Shown: positions 38,964 to 49,268, counted from the first letter of the stretch. The stretch: DNA of 64,000 bases from Vulcanimicrobiota bacterium (GCA_963795855.1 CAWCIZ010000003.1:576001-640000); one strand, 5' to 3'. Translations and numbers: made by a program. The notes: generated by a model not told the origin, from the letters alone.

Positions 38964-40151
38964 TTACAACCCGCTCACGCCGTTGGGTGAGCCGAGTCCG
39001 GTTGGGCGGTCGTAGCCCAGCGGCGCGATGTCGTGGAAAGCGCTGCGGTGTGCGTACGAATATGCCGGACCGCGCGGATCGCGCGAGAGCGCGTATGCTG
39101 CGGCAACGATTGGCGCGCCGACGCTGGTGCCGCCTGCTACGACCCAGCCTCCGGCAGTCGAATCGTAGACTGAAACGCCGGTTTGCGGATCGGCGATGGC
39201 TGCGACGTCCACCGTCGAACGCGTGCTCCTGCACACACTCTGCGTTTGCCACGACGGCTTCGATTCATAGAGACTGCAGCCTTGGCCCGTATACGCCCAG
39301 GCGGATTCGCTAAACGCGCCCGACCGCGGGGAAAGCGACGTTCCGCCGACGCTCGTGACGTACGGCGATGCGGCTGGATAGAAACTCGAAGCCTGATCGC
39401 CGGCGCTCACCGTAACGGCGATGCCGGGATGGTTGTAATGCACGTCGTATGCGATCTCGCCGGACCATTCCGGACCGTAGTAGCTGTTGCTGATCGCTAA
39501 AGGGTGAAGCGACGCAGCGCGATCGACGGCGGTCCCTAAGTCGTCGAACGACGGCGAATTGGCTTCGATCAGTCGAATCGAGCAATGCGGACAAATCGCG
39601 GAGACAACGTCCAGGTCGAGGGAGATCTCTTCGCTCCAGCCGATGTTCGCGAACGGATACGCAGCGGCTTGACCGCGTTCGTTGAGCTTGCGAAAGCAGC
39701 CGTTGGACGTCGTGCACGGCGGCAAACCATATGCGGCTCGGTAGATTGCGAGGTCGACTTCCGCCGTCGGATCGTCGTACGCGTCGACGATCGCCACCGC
39801 ACCGCCCATGTTTTGCCAAGGCAGCGCGTACGCGGCGCGCAGATCTTGAGGATGCAAGCCGGGGAGCAGATTCGACGGCGTCGACGCATTTCTCACCGGC
39901 GGAATTCGTATGTTGAGCGCGACCGTGCAGTTTGCGCGATCCTTCTCGAACGTCATGTTGCACGCGAGCGTCGCACCGGGCAGCGCTTCCGGCGTATTTC
40001 CGGGAAGTGCTTCAGGCGTATTGCCGGGAAGCGCTTCAGGCGTATTTTGAAGCTGTCGCGAGTCGGTTTTTGGAAGCAGAGCACTGTGCGGGCCGCCGCA
40101 GGCCGCGACGCTTACGCTTATCGCTAGGGCTACTACTCCGAGAGGCTTCAA
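38964..40151 (-). CDS. S53/S8 serine protease lipoprotein with N-terminal octapeptide repeats
   Basis: Lipobox VAAC, AIVDAYD, EISLD, SAGD, GGTSVGAP, YDRPTGLGSPNG; GAGGAG SD before TTG at 40151. Confidence 0.88.
   Translation of the reverse strand: MKPLGVVALAISVSVAACGGPHSALLPKTDSRQLQNTPEALPGNTPEALPGNTPEALPGATLACNMTFEKDRANCTVALNIRIPPVRNASTPSNLLPGLHPQDLRAAYALPWQNMGGAVAIVDAYDDPTAEVDLAIYRAAYGLPPCTTSNGCFRKLNERGQAAAYPFANIGWSEEISLDLDVVSAICPHCSIRLIEANSPSFDDLGTAVDRAASLHPLAISNSYYGPEWSGEIAYDVHYNHPGIAVTVSAGDQASSFYPAASPYVTSVGGTSLSPRSGAFSESAWAYTGQGCSLYESKPSWQTQSVCRSTRSTVDVAAIADPQTGVSVYDSTAGGWVVAGGTSVGAPIVAAAYALSRDPRGPAYSYAHRSAFHDIAPLGYDRPTGLGSPNGVSGL
39975..40046 (-). repeat. 3 x 24-nt tandem repeat encoding NTPEALPG
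   Basis: Three units with identical protein sequence, differing only at synonymous positions. Confidence 0.95.
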
Positions 40152-40186
40152 CGAAACGGCTCCTCTGCGCGCGCGCGCGCAGCCGG

Positions 40187-42740
40187 CTACGCTTCTACCC
40201 ACCCCCGACTGCTTGCTAACGCAACCGCTTCTCGGCGCCCGCTGCAGCTCGACTTGCGGCAAATCGATCTAATGTGCGTGTCGACGGTGTGCGGACTACG
40301 CGCGGTGCGATTCGCGATTTCCTTTGTGCTCGCGCCCTTGGCAAGCAACTGCAGCACTTCGCGTTCGGCCGCCGTAAGCGTCGTGTAGGCACTCTGCGCA
40401 GTCCCGATTGGCAACGCTTGCAGCATGCGCGCGATGCCGCCGAAGTGTTCGCCGCGCAGCCGCTCGAGCGCGGCGGCAAATTCTGCTTCCTCGGCTTGTC
40501 CCAATCGAATACGGTAAATTGCGCGCACCGCATGCGCGAACGCGCGCATCCTGCCGGTCGATAAAGAACGTTCGGCATCCGCAAGCAGACGATGAGCAGC
40601 CGCGTCGTGCCCCCGCAGCAGCGCCGTGAGTGCCAACGTCAGCCGTGCGCGAACGACGTGCTTGTTCGACGGAGAGCATGCTTCCAGACCCTGTAGGGCT
40701 TGCTGAAAATGCGCGTCTTGCTCGCTTTGCAGACCGGCGGCCGTTGCGTAGAGTGCCGCGTCTGCTTCGCGAAGCGTTCGCTGCTCGATCGTGCTCTGCT
40801 CGGGCGCCGTTTCCGCGATGGTGGCGTACGCGGCCGCGAAATCCGCCGCCCATGCGGCGCGGAGCGCATCCATCGCGACGAGCGTCGTCGCCCGCAAGCG
40901 CGGCAGCATCCCCGGCCGTTCGTGCAGCGCTTCGTCCAAACGCTCCAGCGCTTCATCGCTTCCGCGTTCGACCTCGATCTCGTATTTCGCAACCAGGCCG
41001 AAAAGCAGCGCGTGCAGACTTGCGCCCTTAAGCGCGCACTCGTTCAAGCGGTCCAGTATTTTCAGGCTTTGAATCGGATCGTCGGTCGTGTCGTACACGA
41101 TCGTGTAGAGCACGCTGTACGCGCGCGCGGCCAACTCGAACAGGTTGTTTGCGAGTGCGTACTGTATGGCGCTTTCCGCGTACGCGCGCGCTTTTTCGAG
41201 CGACCCTGCGTAGCGCTCCACGTATGCGGCCTGCTGATACAGGCGCGCACGAGATTCGTCCGCTACGCTGCCGTCGGTCAATTTCAATGCCGCGTCAACC
41301 GCGCGTAGTGCGTCGCCGGTACGCCCCACGCGCAAATATCCGGTTGCGAGCGTTGCGAGCAACGGCGCGCGATAGCGAGCCTCGAGTGCGTCATCGGACG
41401 CGTACGGTTCCAAGAACGCGACGCAGTCACGTCCGAGGCGAACGAGTTCCAGCGCGTAGCGGTGCACGAGCCGCAAGCGAAGATCCGGTTCGTCTTTCGC
41501 GCCGGCGATTGCCGCGAGAAAGCTCGGCTCAGCGATCTCGAAACGTCCGAAGCTTGCGTCGATTGTGGCGCGAAGTCCGCTCACGAGAGCATTGCTGCGG
41601 CGCAACTCATCGGGCAGTACGTCCAGCGCCTGCGAGAGATTCTGCGCTTCGCCGCGCTCGAACAACGAGAATCCGTTGCGCTCGACGATTCGCGCGATGT
41701 CGGAAGCAGCCCGCGCCTTCGTGTACAACACCAGCGCTCCCGCCGCATCGCCGCGCTCGTAGAGTAGGGCGGCGCCGTCGCGCAACGCGGCGAGCCACTC
41801 GCGTTCGCCGGATCGCCGCAACTCCGCTTCTAAAAAATCGCGGAAAAGGTCGTGATAGCGGTAGTTGCCCCGACGCGGTCTCGTGCAGAAACGCGATTTT
41901 GGACCGCAGGGCAGCGAGAAACTCCCAGTCCGCGCCGAGCGCTTCCGCCATTGCATTGTCGAAGCTCGAAAAGATCGAACTGGCGAGCGCAAACGCGCGC
42001 TCCTCGGGCGTCAGAGCGGCGAAAACCTGCTCCGCGAGATAGCGGTACACCATTTCCCGCGTGCTGAAGGCCGCGCTGCGGAGGTCCCTTGCGTGGGTGC
42101 GGGTCCGAATTGCAATCGTCAGCGCAACCGGCCAGCCGTCCGTCAACTGGCGAAGCGCTTCAATTTCATGTAAGTCGAGGCTGGTGCCGGTTTGCGCGGC
42201 GGCTGCGAGCGCTTCTTCGGTCGTAAACCGCAAGTCGTCCTCGCCGACCGCAATGTCCATGCGGCCGTATGCAATCCATGTAGCGACGGGAAGGCCTACG
42301 TCGCTGCGCGCCGCGATGATCCAGTTAATCCGTTCGGTCGTTCGCTCGACGAGGTCGGCGAGCAGTGCGATCGACGCCGGGTCCGCGGCTGCGTAGTGGA
42401 GATCGTCGATTACGATCCTGCACACCGTTTTCTTTAGGTGCTCGGCGAACCAGTCCGAGAGCTGCTGCACCGGCTCCTCGGCCGCGAGCACGCGCTCTTG
42501 CATCGCCGGAAACGCCGCACTCGCGCTGGGCGCGACGGGTTCGAGCGCTTCGCTCAGGCGCCGCACGAATGCGAGCAGCGTGTCGTCTTCGCGCCGCACG
42601 TCGTAGCGAACCGCATCCAAGCGCGCCGTTTCGACGAAGTCGCGCAGCGCTATGCTCTTTCCGAATCCGGCAGGTGCGACGATCAGCGTCACGGGAAACC
42701 GCGTCGCGTACTCCAACCGTTCGTTTATGCGCGCGCGCAT
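40187..42740 (-). CDS. MalT-like ATP-dependent LuxR-family transcriptional regulator (extra base at 41867)
   Basis: VAPAGFGKS, IDDLH, LRFTTEE, TDGWPVAL, YLAEQV, YRYHDLFRDFL, TPR-like middle, C-terminal LTAAEREVLQLLAKG HTH. Confidence 0.9.
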
Positions 42741-42749
42741 GGGGCTTGG

Positions 42750-44192
42750 CTACGTCAAGTCTTGCGCAGCTTCCCCCACGATTCGGCGCAGTTCGCTCAC
42801 CAAAAGATCGAGATCCGATTCCCGCGTGCGATGGTTCGTAATGCAGACGCGCATGGCGCGCCGCCCGAAAATGGTCGTCGACGAGATCGCGGCGATGCCG
42901 CTCTGCTGAATCCTGACCACGCTTTCATCGGTAAGCGCGTCGATCAGCTCTGCAGGCAAGCCGGCTCTGCGCGGGCGGAAGCAGACGATACTGAGCTCGG
43001 CCGGCGCCACCACTTCGAAGGCATCGTCGTCGGTAAGCTTCGTCGCCAAATACTGGGCTTGATCGCAGTTGCGCTCGATGGCTCGTGCTAGTCCGCCGGC
43101 TCCGTGCTCCTTTATCGTGAACCACACTTTGAGCGCTCGAAATGCGCGCGACAGATCGGGACCGTAATCGGTGAACCACGGTTCGCCGGCGGCCATTCCC
43201 CGCTTCATGCGCGTGATGTACGGTCCTTCGCTTGCGAACGCCGCGCGCTGAGCGGCGCTGTCGCGCACGAGCACGCAGCCGGCGTCGTACGGCACGTGGA
43301 GCCACTTGTGAAAATCGAATGCGATCGAGTCGGCGCGTTCGATTCCGCGCAGCTTCGGCCGAAGGTTTTGCGAAAGGTATGCGGTCGCGCCGAATGCGCC
43401 GTCGACGTGAAACCACAGACGTTCGCGGCGCGCGATGCGGCCGAGTTCGAACAGCGGATCGATCGCGCCCACGTCGACCGTGCCCGCGTTGCCGACGAGC
43501 AGAAACGGATGCAGGCCGGCGCTGCGATCTCGGGCGATTGCCTGCGTCAGCGCATTCACATCGATGCGGTGGTCCGCGTCGATCGGAAGGACGCGCAAAC
43601 TCTCGGCGCCGATTCCGGCGATTTCAAACGCTTTTCGAACGCATGCGTGCGTTGCGGCCGATGCATAGCCGACGAGGCGTTGCGCGTGCGGATCCAAGCC
43701 TCGTTCGCGCACCGCGGCGCCGAGCGCGTGCGTCCGCGCGGTCACCACCGAAGCGAAATTGGCTGCGGACGTTCCCATTACGAGCAGTCCGCCCGCACTC
43801 GAGGGCCAGCCGAAGAGATCGCAAAACCATCGGATGACTTGCCGTTCGACGTACACCGCGCCGTGATCGCGGCCGCCGACGTTGGAATTCATTGCAGCCG
43901 CGAGCATGTCGGCCACTATTCCGGACGGCGTTCCCGATCCGTGCACCCAGCCCCAAAAGCGCGGGTGAATGTTGCCGGTGGCATACGGTAAAATTGCGCG
44001 GGCGAACTCCGCGTAGACTTCGTCGAAGGAACTGCCGACTTCGGGCATCGGCGCAAGGAATTGATTTTTGACTTCGTCCGGAACCGGCGTCCAGACCGGC
44101 CGTTCGCGCACGTCGCGCAGATAGTCGATCGCGTCGTCGAGCGCGCGGTGCGCGCTGCGCCGAAACGCTTCCCAGTCAGCGGGATCCAACAC
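42750..44192 (-). CDS. Group II PLP-dependent amino acid decarboxylase
   Basis: HPRFWGWV, THACVRKA, AGTVDVGAIDP, WFHVDGAFG, DFHKWL (PLP lysine), RALKVW. Confidence 0.93.
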   Translation of the reverse strand: MLDPADWEAFRRSAHRALDDAIDYLRDVRERPVWTPVPDEVKNQFLAPMPEVGSSFDEVYAEFARAILPYATGNIHPRFWGWVHGSGTPSGIVADMLAAAMNSNVGGRDHGAVYVERQVIRWFCDLFGWPSSAGGLLVMGTSAANFASVVTARTHALGAAVRERGLDPHAQRLVGYASAATHACVRKAFEIAGIGAESLRVLPIDADHRIDVNALTQAIARDRSAGLHPFLLVGNAGTVDVGAIDPLFELGRIARRERLWFHVDGAFGATAYLSQNLRPKLRGIERADSIAFDFHKWLHVPYDAGCVLVRDSAAQRAAFASEGPYITRMKRGMAAGEPWFTDYGPDLSRAFRALKVWFTIKEHGAGGLARAIERNCDQAQYLATKLTDDDAFEVVAPAELSIVCFRPRRAGLPAELIDALTDESVVRIQQSGIAAISSTTIFGRRAMRVCITNHRTRESDLDLLVSELRRIVGEAAQDLT

Positions 44193-45573
44193 GATCGATC
44201 AGCTTTTGAAACGCGTCGAAGATTCGTTGCGCGTGCGGCTGCTTGTAGCCGAACATAGCGGGATCGTCGCCCGCGTGCACGACCATCGCGGGGTCCGCTT
44301 CGAAAACCAGCAGCCGCCCATCCGCGTCGATCGAGCAATCGATTCCGAAATAGTCCAGACCGAGCGTCTGCGCCATGTCGCGCAGCGCCTGCTGAAGCGG
44401 CGGCGCGAATACGCGCTCGAAATTCTCGAGAAAGTGCGCTTCCTCATCGCGCATCCACGCCGTTTCTCGCATCGGCGCGTTATAGTAATGGATCATCCAG
44501 TCCGGAGAGATGGCCAAGTGGTACGGATACGGCACGCGGTCGACGGAGATGATGCGGTATTTCCGGTAGTATCCGTCGGCCGAGCGAAAATCGACGAACG
44601 GCATGACGTAAAACGACTGATGCGGCACGCGCTGAAGATAGGCATGGAGTTCGCCGGCGGTGGAAGCCCGGATTAAATCGCGTCCCGCCTGCGACCCCAC
44701 GGGGCGAACGATCGCCGGAAACGGCGTTTCCGGCGCGCGACGTTCGAGTACCTCGCGGCGCACGCGCGCAGTCGCCGGCACGTGTATCGCGGGGATTTCC
44801 GCGAGCATGCGCGCGACCTCGACGCGATTCGCCGCCAAAATCTTGCGCGGGTCGTTGATGTACGGCAGCCCCATTCGGCGCACCAACTGCAGCGCGAGCG
44901 CAAGCGCTTCGACCGATTCGTCCGATTCGCCGATGGCTGTGAAGACCGCGTCTGCTGCCGGAATCGCAGCGGCCGCTGCTTGCGGCGGCGAAAGCAAGTA
45001 CAACTTGTGCAGCGTCGTCGTGTTGCGATCGACGAGAAAATCGATCGGAACGTTGGCTTGCCAATCGCCGGGAGCGAGCAGCGCGAGCAGGCGGCGTTTT
45101 TCGTTGGGTGCGGATCGCGTGAACAGCGTCTTTCGTTCGAGCACGCGGCGCTGATGATAGAGCGCTTTGGGAATGTTTCCGCCAATCTGCTCGAGTTCGT
45201 ACATTGCCGTGTGCGCGGCGGCGTCGGCGGGATTGCGATCGAGCACACGCTCGTAACAAACCCGCGCGTCGTCGAACCGCGCTTCGCGAACGTTGAGCGA
45301 TCCCAGGCCGTTCAGCGCGACCGCCGAGCCGGGATCCAACGCGAGCGCGCGTTCGAATTCCGCCCGCGCGGCCGCTAATTCCGCGTTTTCCGCGAGAGCC
45401 GTCGCGAGATTCGCATGGAGCAGCGCGAGTTCCGGCTGCGCGGCAATGCCGTCGCGAAATGCCGAAATTGCATCGGCAACGCGTCCTTGCGCATGCAGAA
45501 GCACGCCGCGTCGATTTGCATCGATCGCGGCGGGAAGCGGTTCGGGTGACCGCTGCGCAGCGCAGATGGGCAC
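44176..45573 (-). CDS. TPR-repeat plus ATP-grasp (RimK/GshB-like) protein, start uncertain
   Basis: Three to four TPRs, then PYINDP, FPAIVRPVGSQAG, YRKYRI, LDYFGIDC, LLVFEAD. Confidence 0.82.
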   Translation of the reverse strand: MPICAAQRSPEPLPAAIDANRRGVLLHAQGRVADAISAFRDGIAAQPELALLHANLATALAENAELAAARAEFERALALDPGSAVALNGLGSLNVREARFDDARVCYERVLDRNPADAAAHTAMYELEQIGGNIPKALYHQRRVLERKTLFTRSAPNEKRRLLALLAPGDWQANVPIDFLVDRNTTTLHKLYLLSPPQAAAAAIPAADAVFTAIGESDESVEALALALQLVRRMGLPYINDPRKILAANRVEVARMLAEIPAIHVPATARVRREVLERRAPETPFPAIVRPVGSQAGRDLIRASTAGELHAYLQRVPHQSFYVMPFVDFRSADGYYRKYRIISVDRVPYPYHLAISPDWMIHYYNAPMRETAWMRDEEAHFLENFERVFAPPLQQALRDMAQTLGLDYFGIDCSIDADGRLLVFEADPAMVVHAGDDPAMFGYKQPHAQRIFDAFQKLIDRVGSR

Positions 45574-45582
45574 TGACCTCCC

Positions 45583-46686
45583 GTGTATCAGTCCGGCGTC
45601 GTTGTCCTGGCGGTTCTCTGTTTGTTCTTCGGCGCCTATGCAGCGCGCATGAGATCGCGCGCGCACGCCGCCGAGGCCGGCATCGCCGCAGCGGTTCGGC
45701 GGGAGTCCGACGTGCTGGAAGCGGTGCGCGTGCTCACTGCCGCTTCGCGGCAATCGACCGACGCCGTGGTTGCAGCGCTCGACCGTACGATCCGCGTGCT
45801 CGACGGATCCGTGGACGCGGTGCTCGTGTTCGCGGCGGAAGGTGAAGAACTTGCGTGCGTTTATGCCGGGGGACCGCGCGCGGAGTACTTCGGAAGTTTG
45901 CGAGTGCGGCGCGATCGCAGCGATTCGCTCCCGGCGCGGGCTGCGCTCTGCGGCCATCGCGTCGAACTCGATGCAAACGCCCAGCCGATACTTCCCGCCG
46001 ATCGAGCGGCCGTCGCAGTTCCGATGATCGGCGCTGCCGGTTTGACCGCGGTCGTGTATGCAGCGACGACGCACAGACGTGTGGCAAACGTCGATGCGAT
46101 CGTGCGCGCCGTCGCGCAAGCGTCCGCACCGTACGCACTTGCAGCCGAACGCGAGATCGACCGGCGCAGCGCCACCTACGACGGGCTAACCGGACTCTAC
46201 ACCCCGCGCGCATTTCGCGACAAACTGCGGGAAGACGTGGCGGCTGCACGCTTGGCGCGGCATGCGTCGCTCGCGTTGTGGTTTGTGGATACCGACCGCT
46301 TCAAGTGCGTGAACGACACGCTCGGCCACGCGGCGGGCGACGCCGTGCTCGTGCGCATGGCCAATCTGCTGCGCGAGCACATGGTGCCGGAGCTCGACGT
46401 TGCCGCGCGCAACGGCGGCGACGAATTCTGCGCGATCGTCCGCAACGAGCAGAAGATCGCGGCAATCGAGCGCGCGCAGCGTTTCTGCGCGGCGGTGCAC
46501 GCCTGCAACTTCGACGTCGGCATGCACGTCACGGCGAGCGTCGGCGTCGCCGCCTTTCCGTACGACGCCGCCGATGCCGGCGAATTGCTCGAGATCGCGG
46601 ATGCGGCGATGTACCACAGCAAGCGTTCGGGGCGCGACCGCGTTTCTTTTCGCGTCACGCCGGGCGTTTTCGCAGTCTATTCCTGA
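45583..46686 (+). CDS. Membrane-anchored GAF-like/GGDEF diguanylate cyclase
   Basis: N-terminal TM helix, DGLTGL, DTDRFKCVNDTLGH, intact GGDEF, ADAAMYHSK. Confidence 0.9.
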   Translation: MYQSGVVVLAVLCLFFGAYAARMRSRAHAAEAGIAAAVRRESDVLEAVRVLTAASRQSTDAVVAALDRTIRVLDGSVDAVLVFAAEGEELACVYAGGPRAEYFGSLRVRRDRSDSLPARAALCGHRVELDANAQPILPADRAAVAVPMIGAAGLTAVVYAATTHRRVANVDAIVRAVAQASAPYALAAEREIDRRSATYDGLTGLYTPRAFRDKLREDVAAARLARHASLALWFVDTDRFKCVNDTLGHAAGDAVLVRMANLLREHMVPELDVAARNGGDEFCAIVRNEQKIAAIERAQRFCAAVHACNFDVGMHVTASVGVAAFPYDAADAGELLEIADAAMYHSKRSGRDRVSFRVTPGVFAVYS

Positions 46687-46734
46687 GAAGCGGCTGAAAA
46701 GCGATTCCCGCGTGGGGCGCGAACATGCCTGACC

Positions 46735-47959
46735 GTGCTCGTCCCGCTATTCTCAATACTCGGGCGTCCCAACGCGCTCGACCGGGAAGTGACCGCCCTA
46801 TCGCCACGCGGCGCTGATGCATCGCACGCCCGCACTGCTCGTGGATCCGCTGCGTGCCGCGGCGGCGCTGCATCTGCAGCAGTTCCGCACGCCGCTGTGG
46901 ATCGTGATGATCGCGCTGCAGATTACGGTGCTGGCGTGGTTTTGGAACGCGGGATTTTCGGCGCGTTTGCGCGACAGGCTGCGGGCAGCCGTGCCGTCCG
47001 AGTTCGCCGTCCGGTTTTGTTTCGGCGCGCTCCTCGCAGGGGTCGATAAACTCGCGGCGTTCGTCCCGCAGGCGCTCGAATACCGTTACATGCGCATCCT
47101 GGATTTGAACAACATCCTCTTTCGAAGTTGGCTCGTTGAATGGATAGCCTCGACGCTGCTCGCGATGGCGATTGCCGGCTGCATCGCTGCCGTGGTCTTG
47201 TGGCTCGCCGATCGCACGCATCAGTGGTATCTCTACACCATCGCCGGCGTTATCGGTTTCACGCTGCTGATTTCTTACGTAAACCCGTACGTCATCGCAC
47301 CGGCTTACTCGCATTTCGTTCCCGCGCCGCTTTCACGGCAGCTAAAAGCGCAGTACGCGCGACTCGAGGACGCCGGCGGCGCGAGCGTGCCCGTTCTGGA
47401 AGCGGAGATTTCGCGGCGTACCCACACGGACTCGTCGTACGTCATGGGTTGGGGCGGCACGCAGCGCGCGGTGATTTCCGACACGATGCTTGCCGGATCG
47501 ACGCCGGCCGAAGTTCGCTATGCGCTGGCGCGCGCGGTCGCTTGGGTGTCGGCAAATACCGGTTTGCACGTCGCGCTCTTGCAAGGCGCGTTTATCGTCA
47601 TCGGCGCCGCGCTGGCCGTGTTCATTTCCGATCGTATCGGTTTTCGGCGGGACGACGATCCGGTTTCGCGTCTGGCGCTGCTGGGCGCGGTGATGGGCGG
47701 CGTGTACTTAATCGCGGTGCCGTTCTACAACGGGTATGCCCGCAGCGTCGATCGCAGCACCGATGCCGCTGCCGTTGCGCTTACCCACGATCCCGCCGCG
47801 GCGATCCGCCTCGAAGTGCGCCGCACGGATGAAGCGCTCATGCCGCTTTGCCCCGACGCGTTCGCGTATTGGTATTTCGATTCGCGTTTGCCGCCGGGCA
47901 CGCGTATCAGCGATCTGCAGGGAACGACGGATTTCTGCAGCGCTACGCAGCGCCGGTAA
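46735..47959 (+). CDS. M48/Ste24 peptidase-like membrane protein lacking HExxH (extra base at 46807)
   Basis: Ste24-like layout (IAPAY, SRRT, YVMGWGGTQRAVISDTML, TPAEVRYALARAVA). The 46735 frame joins the 46817 frame if one base is removed. Confidence 0.75.
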
Positions 47960-48620
47960 AGACGCTGCCCGTCACGCGCGTGCCGAGGTGGTGCGAGGTG
48001 AGCAGTTCCACCACCGTCGCGTGCGCGATGCGTCCGTCGACGATGTTCGCCTGAGCGACGCCCGCGCGAACGCCCAGTGCAGCCGCGCGAATCGCATTGC
48101 GCAGGTCTGCCGGAACGCGCGCATCTTCGGCGATGACGAGCGCTTCGGCCGGGGTGATCTCGGTGATCAGCGCTGCGGTTTCCGGATCCGAAACGCCGCC
48201 GAGGGCGTGAAAGAAGATGGCGCGAACCGCGTCGGTTGCGGCAGCGACGGCGCGCGCGACTTCGTCGGCTTCGACGATCGTGTCGCGCGGAGTAAAGACC
48301 GAGAACGTCGTCGGTTCGATGACGGGGATGTAGCCGGCCGACGTGAGCGTTTGAAGGATGCCGGTCTGCACGTTGCCGATGCCCGCGGGGGTTTGCGGCA
48401 GCATCGCCGCGTCCGCGCCTGACAGCCCCACGGCGGAATTGCCGCTGCGGTTGATGGCGCGCACGAGCGCTCTGCCTGCGCGCCGGGTCGGGGCAACGAC
48501 GATTGGATGGACGCGGCGCTGCGTCAAGAAGACCAAGTCGTCAAAGAACGTCGTGCGGGTCGCGAAGGCCGTTTCCTCGTCCACGCGTACGACGAATGCT
48601 TTGCCGGCAAAACCGTCCAT
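47943..48620 (-). CDS. Degenerate acetylglutamate kinase (ArgB)-like protein
   Basis: AVGLSGADA, GYIPVIEP, ADEVARAVA, IVDGRIAH, GTRV; the N-terminal KxGG and HGGG motifs are absent. Confidence 0.7.
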   Translation of the reverse strand: MDGFAGKAFVVRVDEETAFATRTTFFDDLVFLTQRRVHPIVVAPTRRAGRALVRAINRSGNSAVGLSGADAAMLPQTPAGIGNVQTGILQTLTSAGYIPVIEPTTFSVFTPRDTIVEADEVARAVAAATDAVRAIFFHALGGVSDPETAALITEITPAEALVIAEDARVPADLRNAIRAAALGVRAGVAQANIVDGRIAHATVVELLTSHHLGTRVTGSVFTGAA

Positions 48621-48680
48621 CCGAAGACCTCCGCTCCTCTAGTTTATCGACTTATTCCCCGCAAAGATAACGTTCGACCA

Positions 48681-49268
48681 CTACGATTCGGCTCGGGCTC
48701 GATTATTGATCGATTGCATCGCGGCTTCCAAACCCTCGTTGAGCCATCGCTCCACGGCATCCGTGGCGGCTTCGATGAGCGAGGGCAACAGCAAGGTCTC
48801 TTCGGGAGTGAATGGGCTCAGGACGTGGTCGATGCTTTCCCGTTCGGGGCGTCCGACGCCGACGCGAATGCGTGGAAAGCGATCGCTCATCGTTGCGATG
48901 ATGGAACGCATGCCGTTGTGGCCGCCGTGTCCGCCGAACGGACGCATGCGAATGCGCCCAAACGCCAGATCCATGTCGTCATAGATAACGAGCAGCGCTT
49001 CCGGCGGCGTGCGATACCACGACGCGATGAGCCGCAGCGGAACGCCGGAATTGTTCATGTACGACTGGGGCTCGACCAGCACGAGCTTGCGCGCGGAATC
49101 GTAAGCCTGGCGAGCGGCGTCTTTGGTTTTCCACTGTTCGAGATGCAGCCGGCGCGCCAATTCGTCGATTACCATGAAGCCGACGTTGTGCCGCGTGCGT
49201 TCGTATTTTGCTCCGGGATTGCCGAGGCCGGCCACGATGCGAACGGCCTCGGCGGTTTTTTGCGCTAT
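48681..49268 (-). CDS. pth: Peptidyl-tRNA hydrolase (likely ATA start)
   Basis: RIVAGLGNPGAKYERTRHNVGF, YMNNSG, GGHNG, RIRVGVGRP. Confidence 0.95.
   Translation of the reverse strand: MAQKTAEAVRIVAGLGNPGAKYERTRHNVGFMVIDELARRLHLEQWKTKDAARQAYDSARKLVLVEPQSYMNNSGVPLRLIASWYRTPPEALLVIYDDMDLAFGRIRMRPFGGHGGHNGMRSIIATMSDRFPRIRVGVGRPERESIDHVLSPFTPEETLLLPSLIEAATDAVERWLNEGLEAAMQSINNRARAES

Noticed and set aside
39975..40046. CRISPR array
   Set aside because: Contiguous in-frame coding repeats without spacers; no cas genes in the window.
45574..46119. N-terminal extension of the TPR/ATP-grasp ORF
   Set aside because: Antisense to the GGDEF gene and not protein-like.
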